NCBI GenBank assembly: GCA_965208125.1
Contig: OZ242320.1
Coordinates: 3,808,001-3,872,000 of the forward strand
Direction: 5' to 3'
From: Candidatus Latescibacterota bacterium
Lineage (GTDB): Bacteria > Latescibacterota > UBA2968
DNA length: 64,000 nt
The notes under the pieces were generated by a model. That model was given only the letters and a program-made list of their open reading frames with translations. It had not been told where the DNA came from and searched no databases. Below are positions 18,370-26,518 of the stretch, in pieces. The position numbers and the translations under genes were made by a program. The first letter of the stretch is position 1. Every line of letters begins with the position of its first letter.

Positions 18370-19908
18370 ATGACTTCTACTGTTCGCAAATTCATTGCCG
18401 CCCTGCTGTTATTGTTTCCCTATCCCATTCTCGCAGATGTTTCTATGCCCGCGATTTTTTCAGATAATATGGTGTTGCAGCAGCAAACTGCAATATCTGT
18501 GTGGGGGAATGCCGATGCCAATGAAGAGATTACTATTGAGTTAGATACCCAGCGTGTGATGATCACAGCAGATGCGGGGGGTACGTGGCAGATTCACCTG
18601 AGTCCTATGGAAGTGGGAGGCCCGTATCAGTTCACTGTGCGCGGGAAAAATGTCGTCACGTTTAACAATGTGATGGTGGGGGAGGTCTGGGTCTGCTCTG
18701 GACAGTCCAATATGGCCTGGTTCGTCAGGCGTTCTCAAAATGCGGAGGAGGAGATCAAAGCGGCAGATTATCCCAATATCAGGCTTTTTACGGTCAAACG
18801 CAGTGCCGCACAAAGGCCCGCACAAGATGTTGAGGGCACATGGAGTGTATGCGATACGAGTAGTGTCGTCAATTTTTCTGCAGTGGCCTATTATTTTGGA
18901 CGCCGTTTGCACCAGTCTTTGAATGTACCCATTGGTCTTATCAATACATCCTGGGGAGGCACACCGGCTGAAGCCTGGACTTCATTGCCCGCGCTTCAAG
19001 TCATACCGGAGTATGCGCCGCTGGGCAAACGCTGGGCAGAAGCCATCGCTACGTATCATTCGGAAGCACAGCAGAAGGAATACCAGGCCAGGCTCGCTGT
19101 ATGGCAGGCAAATGCCGATAGCTTGCGCGCTTTGGGGCAACGCCGTCCGCGAAGACCGTGGCGAAATCCGAATAGTCCCCATCGTCCGTCTATGCTCTAC
19201 AATGGGATGATTGCGCCTATCGTTTCTTATGGTATTCGCGGTGCAATATGGTATCAGGGAGAATCAAATGCTGGCCGGGCATATCAATATCGCGCGTTGT
19301 TTCCGGCGATGATTCAGAACTGGCGTTCGAGTTGGGGGCAGGGCGCATTTCCGTTTTTCTTTGTACAGCTTGCCAATTTTAGACAGGTAAAGGAAAATCC
19401 CGATGAAAGTGCCTGGGCTGAATTGCGCGAGGCGCAATTGATGGCACTTTCATTGCCGAATACCGGTATGGCTGTAGCGATTGATATTGGAGAGGCAGAC
19501 GATATTCACCCAAAAAATAAACAGGATGTTGGCTTGCGTCTGGCACTGGGAGCAGAAGCTATGGTCTATGGTATGGATCAACCGCATTCTGGTCCCATTT
19601 ATCGGTCTATGGCGGTTGAAGAAGACAAAATTCGCCTGAAATTTGATCACGCGTATGGTGGCTTAAAAGCAAAGGGCGATATGCTCAAGGGTTTTGTGAT
19701 TGCCGGCCAAGATAGCAAATTCGTTTGGGCAGAGGCAAAGATTGATGGCGACGATGTGCTGGTCTGGAGCAAAGATATTCAGCAACCCGTTGCTGTCCGA
19801 TACGCATGGGCTGATAATCCAGTTTGCAATTTGTACAATGGTGCGGATTTGCCGGCATCGCCTTTTCGCACAGATGACTGGCGCGGTATCACCGCTGACC
19901 GGCAGTAA
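18370..19908 (+). CDS. Sialate O-acetylesterase (SASA, SGNH family), secreted
   Basis: Signal peptide, FSDNMVLQ, GEVWVCSGQSNM, WGGTPAEAW, WYQGESN, DIHPKNK, VRYAW, PFRTD. Confidence 0.93.
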   Translation: MTSTVRKFIAALLLLFPYPILADVSMPAIFSDNMVLQQQTAISVWGNADANEEITIELDTQRVMITADAGGTWQIHLSPMEVGGPYQFTVRGKNVVTFNNVMVGEVWVCSGQSNMAWFVRRSQNAEEEIKAADYPNIRLFTVKRSAAQRPAQDVEGTWSVCDTSSVVNFSAVAYYFGRRLHQSLNVPIGLINTSWGGTPAEAWTSLPALQVIPEYAPLGKRWAEAIATYHSEAQQKEYQARLAVWQANADSLRALGQRRPRRPWRNPNSPHRPSMLYNGMIAPIVSYGIRGAIWYQGESNAGRAYQYRALFPAMIQNWRSSWGQGAFPFFFVQLANFRQVKENPDESAWAELREAQLMALSLPNTGMAVAIDIGEADDIHPKNKQDVGLRLALGAEAMVYGMDQPHSGPIYRSMAVEEDKIRLKFDHAYGGLKAKGDMLKGFVIAGQDSKFVWAEAKIDGDDVLVWSKDIQQPVAVRYAWADNPVCNLYNGADLPASPFRTDDWRGITADRQ

Positions 19909-19932
19909 GCCTCACTTCTACAGGAGATAGAA

Positions 19933-20958
19933 ATGAAAGCAGCACTTTACAAAGGTATCCGCGAAATTGAATGGCAAGATGTTGAATATACGCCCCCTGC
20001 ACCGGGTTATATCACCCTGCAGACGAGGAGTTCTGGTATCTGTGGTAGCGATTTGCACAATTATTTTGGCGAGTGGAAACCCTCGCTTGAACGCGCCGCA
20101 GGGCACGAGTTGTGTGGCACGGTTGCCGAAGTTGGCGAGGGTGTGACTGATATCGAGGTAGGGGATCTGGTTACCGCCGAATGTTTTTCGCATTGTGGTA
20201 CATGTCACTATTGCGTTACAGGTCGCTACAACCACTGCGCCAATCGCAAGTGGTTTTCGGGCGAATCGCACGGTGGTTTTGCCGAATACACAACCGCACA
20301 CAAAAATAGTGTCTTCAAATTGCCAGATATGACTTTTGAACAGGGTGCGCTTGTAGAACCGCTCGCTGTGGCGCATCGCGCACTTGCGCAGGCAAAAGCG
20401 TCTTACCAGGATCGGGTCGCTGTGATCGGTGGGGGAACAATTGGTCAACTCTGTCTGGCAGTTGCCAAAGCTATTGGTGTACGAGAAACGCTGATTACCG
20501 CCAAATATCCGCAGCAGGCCGACCTCGCGTGTGACCTCGGCGCGGATCACGTTGTTGATATTACGACGACCGATGTGAAGGATGTGGTTAACGATCTCAC
20601 CGATGGCATGGGATATGACGCTGTTATCGAAACTGTGGGCACCGCGCAGAACTTCGATGATTCTATCGCTATATCGCGCCGCCATGCCATGATCGTTCTC
20701 GTGGCCGGTTACTTCAAGCCCCTCGAGGTTGACTTGCGCTCGATTGTCTGGTCCGAAGTCAATATTACAGGCTCTAATTGCTACGGTTTCAGCGGCATGC
20801 GTACCGATTTTGATGTCGCGATTGATCTCATTACCTCTGACCGCGTGCAAGCTACGAAACTCGTCACCCACCGCTATCCCTTTGCCGATATCGCCGAAGC
20901 TTTTCACACCGCTGCTGACAAAAAATCCGGCTGTGTCAAAGTGCATCTCGTGAAATAA
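19933..20958 (+). CDS. Zinc-dependent alcohol/polyol dehydrogenase (sorbitol/threonine dehydrogenase-like)
   Basis: CGSD, GHE, structural Zn C-x2-C-x2-C-x7-C, EPLAVA, GGGTIG. Confidence 0.92.
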   Translation: MKAALYKGIREIEWQDVEYTPPAPGYITLQTRSSGICGSDLHNYFGEWKPSLERAAGHELCGTVAEVGEGVTDIEVGDLVTAECFSHCGTCHYCVTGRYNHCANRKWFSGESHGGFAEYTTAHKNSVFKLPDMTFEQGALVEPLAVAHRALAQAKASYQDRVAVIGGGTIGQLCLAVAKAIGVRETLITAKYPQQADLACDLGADHVVDITTTDVKDVVNDLTDGMGYDAVIETVGTAQNFDDSIAISRRHAMIVLVAGYFKPLEVDLRSIVWSEVNITGSNCYGFSGMRTDFDVAIDLITSDRVQATKLVTHRYPFADIAEAFHTAADKKSGCVKVHLVK

Positions 20959-20971
20959 CAAGGCAGGTTCC

Positions 20972-22174
20972 ATGGGCATTCGTCTCGGTATTGTTGGCGT
21001 GGGGGCATTTGCACAGGGTTTTATTTCCCTGTTCAATGCACATCCAGATGTGGATCAGGTCGTGCTGTGTGATCTGGATGAAGAAAAACGCCAGAGTAAT
21101 GCGGAAAAACACGGAATTGTGCAGACTTCGCCCTCTCTCGATGATCTGTGTGATACCGATGTTGATGCTATCGCGCTTTTTACCCAGAATTGGCTTCACG
21201 GGCCACAGGCAGCGCAAGCACTTCGCGCGGGTAAACACGTCTATTCAGCCGTGCCACCGGGCATATTACTCAACGAACTTCGCGCTATTGCCGAAGCTGT
21301 GCGGGAAACGGGTAATATCTATATGCTCGGTGAAACGAGTTACTATTATCCAGCAGTGATTTACTGTCGGCAGCGATTTCGAGAAGGTGCATTTGGAGAT
21401 ATTGTGTACGCCGAAGCCGAATATTATCACGACTGGGATCACGGTCTGTACGCTGTTGCCAGGTGGCGCGGCGGAGAAAATTGGCGCGAAACCGCTGGTG
21501 TGCCGCCCATGTTTTATCCCACCCATTCGACGAGCCAGATTCTCTCTATCACAGGCGCGCGTATGACCCACGTTTCATGCCAGGGTTTCACGGATTGCCA
21601 CGAAGATGGAATCTACGCATCAAACAAGTGGAATAATCCGTTCAGCAATGAATCTGCGTTGTTCAAGCTGTCCGATGGCAGTACCGCGCGCATCAATGAA
21701 TTTCGCCGTGTTGGTCATCCGGGGGCGGTGCGTATGACGATGTTTGGTACACAGGGCAGCTTTGAACACAATGCCTCGGGTGCCGTCTGGCTCACAAAAG
21801 ACCGATCTGAACGCGAATCTCTCGACGCGCAACTCACCTGCCGCGTAGCGGTAAGACGCGTTGAGGGCGATATGGACAAGGTTACCGCAGACGATGGGAC
21901 GCATCACTCTGTTGCGCCCATTCATCCGGCTCACCGCTTGCCCGATGCATTCAGAGGTTTGCCCAATGGTCACAATGGGTCACATCAGTTTCTGGTTGAT
22001 GATTTTGTTCGCGCCTGTGTCTCGGGCAAGACGCCGCCGAACAATATTTACGAAGCTGCGCGCTACCTGATTCCCGGCCTCATTGCCCACGAATCAGCCC
22101 TCAAAGGCGGTGAGTTGCTCGAGATTCCCGATTTGGGTGATCCCCCCACAGATAATCGTCTGGAGCTCGACTGA
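20972..22174 (+). CDS. Gfo/Idh/MocA family oxidoreductase
   Basis: GIVGVGAF, GKHVYSAVP, YMLGETSYY, YPTHS, GHNGSHQFL. Confidence 0.88.
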   Translation: MGIRLGIVGVGAFAQGFISLFNAHPDVDQVVLCDLDEEKRQSNAEKHGIVQTSPSLDDLCDTDVDAIALFTQNWLHGPQAAQALRAGKHVYSAVPPGILLNELRAIAEAVRETGNIYMLGETSYYYPAVIYCRQRFREGAFGDIVYAEAEYYHDWDHGLYAVARWRGGENWRETAGVPPMFYPTHSTSQILSITGARMTHVSCQGFTDCHEDGIYASNKWNNPFSNESALFKLSDGSTARINEFRRVGHPGAVRMTMFGTQGSFEHNASGAVWLTKDRSERESLDAQLTCRVAVRRVEGDMDKVTADDGTHHSVAPIHPAHRLPDAFRGLPNGHNGSHQFLVDDFVRACVSGKTPPNNIYEAARYLIPGLIAHESALKGGELLEIPDLGDPPTDNRLELD

Positions 22175-22223
22175 CCTGTATATGCTCTCCCCACAAAATT
22201 GGCTTTTAACAAGGGAGTGGACC

Positions 22224-22961
22224 ATGTCTTATTTTTCTAATGAAGAGAAAGCCTTTTTTAAAAAAAATGGCTATGTTGTCAAACCCGACCTGATTGCACC
22301 AGAGCTACTCAAAGATGCGCGGGATGCCGTGTGGGAATATATCGAGGCGGATCGCGATGATCCTCAGACATGGATCAACGCGGGGCCAAAAGGCAATCTG
22401 CCGTGTAGCGACCATCCCGCAGTCGCGGCTATGAGGACAGATACACCGCTTTACGACATGGCCGAAGAACTCGCGGGTAAGGGACATCTTCGCTCGCCTG
22501 GCAATGGGCTGTGTAAAATGATTTACCCGAGCGGCCACACGGACTGGCAGCCTCCGAGAGGGCATCTGGATGGGTATCTCATCGAAGGTGTGGCGGATAC
22601 TTTTACCGTGGCTGTTACTATTAATATCAGCGATGTTTTGCCCCGCGGCGGCGGTTTTACCACATGGGCGGGCGCGCACCTCAAGGTTGCCCGATATTTC
22701 CAGGCGCATGCGCTGACTAATTTGAGCGGTCTCAAAGCCCCGGGTTTTCTACATCCCGATACGCGCTATGAACACGCCGCACCTGCGGGAACGGTTTGCT
22801 TTTGGCACCACTATATGTTGCACACGGCCAGCATGAATTGTCGGACAGATATCCGCATGGCACTTGTCAATCGCTTTGCTTTCAAGAACCTGAGCGATAT
22901 CATGTTCGATCTGCCCTTCGATCTGTGGGATCACTGGGAAGGCTTGCGCGATATCAATTGA
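22224..22961 (+). CDS. Phytanoyl-CoA dioxygenase (PhyH)-like Fe(II)/2-oxoglutarate oxygenase
   Basis: FFKKNGYVV start, H-x-D (GHLDG), GGFTTWAGAH, distal MLHTAS; ATG 22224 after GGGAG. Confidence 0.8.
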   Translation: MSYFSNEEKAFFKKNGYVVKPDLIAPELLKDARDAVWEYIEADRDDPQTWINAGPKGNLPCSDHPAVAAMRTDTPLYDMAEELAGKGHLRSPGNGLCKMIYPSGHTDWQPPRGHLDGYLIEGVADTFTVAVTINISDVLPRGGGFTTWAGAHLKVARYFQAHALTNLSGLKAPGFLHPDTRYEHAAPAGTVCFWHHYMLHTASMNCRTDIRMALVNRFAFKNLSDIMFDLPFDLWDHWEGLRDIN

Positions 22962-22973
22962 AAGGATGCGGTT

Positions 22974-23945
22974 ATGGCACGAATGAAACGACTTGAAAAG
23001 CTCGATGGCTTCGCCAATGTGCAGATGGTCGAAGTCGAACAGCCAGAGCCCGGTTCCGATCAGATGCTGATTGAGGTCAAGCGCAGCCTGATCAGCAGGG
23101 GGTCGGAGCTATTTTGGCGATACGTCCGGGAAGAGGCGGTAAGTCCTGAAATGATGGGGTATTCCGACGCGGGTGAGGTCGTGGCCGTGGGGGCCAACAT
23201 CCAGGATTTCGCAGTGGGACAGCGCGTCATGGCGAACACCCCGCACGCTCAGTACGTCATTGCCGGCGAAACGGAAAGATCCCGGCGCGCTTTCCCCCTT
23301 CCGGACGAACTCAGCTATGAGACCGCGGCCTTTCTCCCACTCGCGACCAGTTCTGTGATGTGGATGCGCACTTCGCCAGTAGAACCCGGACAGACCGTTG
23401 TCGTGCTCGGTCAGGGGATCGTAGGTGCCCTGTGCGCTCAGATCGTCTGGGAACGCGATCCCGGACGTGTGATAGTCGTCGATGCACAGCCTCTCCGATG
23501 CGATATCGCGCGGAAACTGGGGCACGAAAATGTGATCAATGTCTCCCAGACCGACTCCGTGGCAGCGGTCAAGGAACTCACAGATGGCAAGGGGGCCGAC
23601 CTCGTCGTCGAGTGCGTCGGTGGGTACGCTGGCATCCAGTCCTTCGAACAGGCTCAAAAGATGCTCGCATCCAGGGGAACAATTCATCTCATCGCGAAGT
23701 ATCAAGGTGCTCCATTGCCCCTGGAAGGGGACGCCTTTATGAATAAGCAGATTATCGCGGGCATCCGCATCGATACACCCAGAGAGGCGTGTATGCGGGA
23801 TGCAGCCCAGATGCTGATCGACGGACGGGTCAAAGTCGCCGAACTGATTACCCACAGACTCCCCTGGGAACAAACTCCGGATGCGTATCACCTGCTCTAT
23901 CACAAGCCGGACGAAGCACTCGGCGTTATTCTGGAGTGGGATTGA
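22974..23945 (+). CDS. MDR-superfamily (zinc-binding dehydrogenase-like) oxidoreductase
   Basis: SLISRGSE, GYSDAGEV, GQGIVG, GKGADLVVECVG, LITHR; catalytic Cys/GHE ligands absent. Confidence 0.85.
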   Translation: MARMKRLEKLDGFANVQMVEVEQPEPGSDQMLIEVKRSLISRGSELFWRYVREEAVSPEMMGYSDAGEVVAVGANIQDFAVGQRVMANTPHAQYVIAGETERSRRAFPLPDELSYETAAFLPLATSSVMWMRTSPVEPGQTVVVLGQGIVGALCAQIVWERDPGRVIVVDAQPLRCDIARKLGHENVINVSQTDSVAAVKELTDGKGADLVVECVGGYAGIQSFEQAQKMLASRGTIHLIAKYQGAPLPLEGDAFMNKQIIAGIRIDTPREACMRDAAQMLIDGRVKVAELITHRLPWEQTPDAYHLLYHKPDEALGVILEWD

Positions 23946-23980
23946 TCTGATCGTGTGTTTTGAGCAGGACAGGAGACGCT

Positions 23981-25177
23981 ATGAAGAAACTTCGATTGGC
24001 TGTTGTGGGGTGTGGTGCTTACGAAAGTTCCCGCGCCCGCGGATATATCGCGACGATGGTCAAGCTGACCGATCTCTACGATTTGTGCGCGATATGCGAT
24101 CACAGCGAGCAGTCGTTACAGGTTGTTGGTGAGCGTTTTGGTATTGATGCGCGATATACCGATTTTGAAGCGATGCTGGATGGGGAAAAGCCAGATGTGG
24201 TTTTTATTCTTGTCCCCACCGATGGACAGGCAGTCATGGCTTTGGCGGCTATTGAGCGCGGTTGTCATATTATCACGGAGATTCCCTATGCCCACACGCT
24301 GGCAATTGGCGATGCGATTGATCGGGCGTGCCGGGATAGAGGGGTGGTCTGGGAGATCGCAGAAAATGTCTGGCTCTGGCCTCAGGAACAATTAAAACAA
24401 AAGATCGTTAGAGAAGGGTTGCTTGGGAAACTGACACATGCGCGTCTGTGGTACACGTCAGGTAGCTATCACGGTATCAACGGGGTTAGAATGATTCTCG
24501 ACAAGGCCGCGACCCGCGCCCTGGGCTATGCACAATCGGTGGAGGTGTTGCCATATAGCAATTATGGTGGGGTGGAGGAAACGACCCGATGGTGGGAGAG
24601 TGCTGTTGTCGAGTTCGAAGATGATGTGGTCTGTTTATACGAGATGTCCCCAGCCGGGGCGCGAGGCAATTTCTGGGATATTGAAGGGGTGGAAGGGCAT
24701 CTTTCTGGGAATGAACTGGTGCTTTATGGAAGTGGTGAACGCACATTTTACCCAATTCAGGAGGCGTTCGAGGAGATTGACGGAGAGCAGATTCTCTCGT
24801 CTGTTCGCGTGGATACCGATCCACCGGTTGTCTGGGAGAATCCATTCAAGCACCAGAAGGTTTTCCACGCGGACGATGTGGCTAAAGCCGCGATTCTCAA
24901 TAGCCTTCACAGGGCAGTGACAGAGGGATCCGAACCGCAGTACAGTCCCGCAAATGCCCGCAGAGATCTGGAGATTTGGATTGCGATTCGCGAGAGCGCG
25001 AATAGGGGAAGTGTCTGGGTTGACCTTCCGCTGACGGAAGAGACAGATCTCGAGCGACGATTTGAAGCCGAATTTGTTCGTCAGTACGGCGGTCATCCCA
25101 TCAAAGATCGCAAGCGTCTGCTGAATGCCCCTTTCCAGCGTCTCAGTCCGTTGTGGACTGTGGCAGGCTGGTTGTGA
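23981..25177 (+). CDS. Gfo/Idh/MocA family oxidoreductase
   Basis: AVVGCGA, HIITEIP, EIAEN, SYHG; AGGAG RBS before ATG 23981. Confidence 0.85.
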   Translation: MKKLRLAVVGCGAYESSRARGYIATMVKLTDLYDLCAICDHSEQSLQVVGERFGIDARYTDFEAMLDGEKPDVVFILVPTDGQAVMALAAIERGCHIITEIPYAHTLAIGDAIDRACRDRGVVWEIAENVWLWPQEQLKQKIVREGLLGKLTHARLWYTSGSYHGINGVRMILDKAATRALGYAQSVEVLPYSNYGGVEETTRWWESAVVEFEDDVVCLYEMSPAGARGNFWDIEGVEGHLSGNELVLYGSGERTFYPIQEAFEEIDGEQILSSVRVDTDPPVVWENPFKHQKVFHADDVAKAAILNSLHRAVTEGSEPQYSPANARRDLEIWIAIRESANRGSVWVDLPLTEETDLERRFEAEFVRQYGGHPIKDRKRLLNAPFQRLSPLWTVAGWL

Positions 25178-25205
25178 TGTGAACTACTCAGATTGGAGAG
25201 ATGTT

Positions 25206-25871
25206 ATGCGTTTTTTTCTGGCATTTTTGTCGATGATTATTGTTTCGTCTCAAACTGTGCAAGCGCAACCGGCAGATGTAAAAAGCCATGTTGGGGCGCT
25301 TAAAGGCAAGACGTTTTGGATCAAAATCGATTTTGTAGAGGTGAATGACGGAATTCGAGGTATTGATGCGGCAAATGTTCTGGAGAATGGCGAGGTTTCA
25401 TACCGCGCGACAATAGGCAGTTTTCGCCAGTCTCAGTCTCAGTCTGCAGAGGATTTTGCCGAAGAGGTTCGGAATATCATTATAAGAGATGAGCTTGCAG
25501 GGTGGAGTGTGCGGGTGATTCAAAGAGGCGCGAAAGTTCAAATCCGAAAAGCCGAGGCGAGGGAGAAAGAGGTCTATATTGAACTCGACAGACTGTCAGG
25601 TGCTCGCCATGCCGTTCGTCTCAAGGTCAATAGGGATAAGTACACGATTTCCGAAGTTGAACGTCTTTTTAATATCGCCTTTGCAGCAAGCGAAGCGGAA
25701 TTAGAAGGTGCAGAGAAAACTGTTTCACTCAAGCTGGATATGTCTATTGAAGAAGTGATCGCCCTGAAAGGCAAACCCAAAACGCGCGTTGACCTCGGCT
25801 CCAAAACCGTTCTCACTTACGACGACTTGAAGTTGATATTCAAAGATGGAAAATTAGTGGATGCGGAGTAA
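25206..25871 (+). CDS. Secreted hypothetical protein with C-terminal SmpA/BamE-like (GMS..EV...G.P) module
   Basis: Signal peptide MRFFLAFLSMIIVSSQTVQA; C-terminal LDMSIEEVIALKGKP...LIFKDGKLVD. Confidence 0.6.
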   Translation: MRFFLAFLSMIIVSSQTVQAQPADVKSHVGALKGKTFWIKIDFVEVNDGIRGIDAANVLENGEVSYRATIGSFRQSQSQSAEDFAEEVRNIIIRDELAGWSVRVIQRGAKVQIRKAEAREKEVYIELDRLSGARHAVRLKVNRDKYTISEVERLFNIAFAASEAELEGAEKTVSLKLDMSIEEVIALKGKPKTRVDLGSKTVLTYDDLKLIFKDGKLVDAE

Positions 25872-26018
25872 AGCATCGGATCATTGGATTGAGAACGGCG
25901 ATTTCTCGTGAACAAAGATCATAGGAATCTCTCTAAAAAATTGCACATTGCTATGGTGGTGCAGGTTGAGAAGGATGCGCCCAATGTTCATTTAGTTAGA
26001 GACACATCTTGTCGTGCG

Positions 26019-26058
26019 AAGACCAATCAGACAATGATACTGATTGGTCTTAATTTTT
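26019..26058 (+). terminator. Hairpin, probable terminator
   Basis: 12-bp perfect stem aagaccaatcag / ctgattggtctt followed by aattttt. Confidence 0.55.
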
Positions 26059-26143
26059 GAGTTATACTCAAAAATACTGTTGCAAACCTTTGTTTTTAAA
26101 CGTAAATTGCAGATATTTGCAAATCCAGTCAATACTCAAAAAT
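26053..26143. repeat. Palindrome plus direct repeat upstream of the recombinase remnant
   Basis: atttttgagt-tat-actcaaaaat (26053-26075); atactcaaaaat recurs at 26132-26143. Confidence 0.65.
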
Positions 26144-26152
26144 GGGGACGAC

Positions 26153-26396
26153 ATGGCCGATCCTGCTGTTGAAACCTTAGCTACCGTCCTGTCGGCGCAG
26201 TGAACAGGGGAGACCTTTAGACATTGTGCTGATCCGATCTTACCTGAGCACTCTCCAGAATGTTGCCCCGGCGACCCGTGCGCTGAGGCCCGGTCATAGC
26301 AACTTACAGACTACCCAGTGCTACGTCGAGCTGGGCGGTGAGACCGTCCGGCATGAGCTGGACGCCTTCGCGCGTAGAAAAACGCGGATCCGGTGA
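26153..26396 (+). pseudogene. Internally deleted tyrosine recombinase/integrase remnant (N-terminal piece joined to the C-terminal box)
   Basis: Frame 26226-26396 reads VLIRSYLSTLQNVAPATRALRP-GHSNLQTTQCY-VELGGETVRHELDAFARRK*, i.e. the (L)GH..TT..Y catalytic box; ATG 26153 is followed by an early TGA. Confidence 0.75.
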
Positions 26397-26518
26397 TCGC
26401 GAATTCGTGGACTTACCCCAACGCCGTAACTAAGTTATTTTATTTTTTATGTGCCCACCCATATTGCTTGTTCATATAGACTCGCACAATAACCGTTTAC
26501 ACAAAGGAGAACTCTCAG

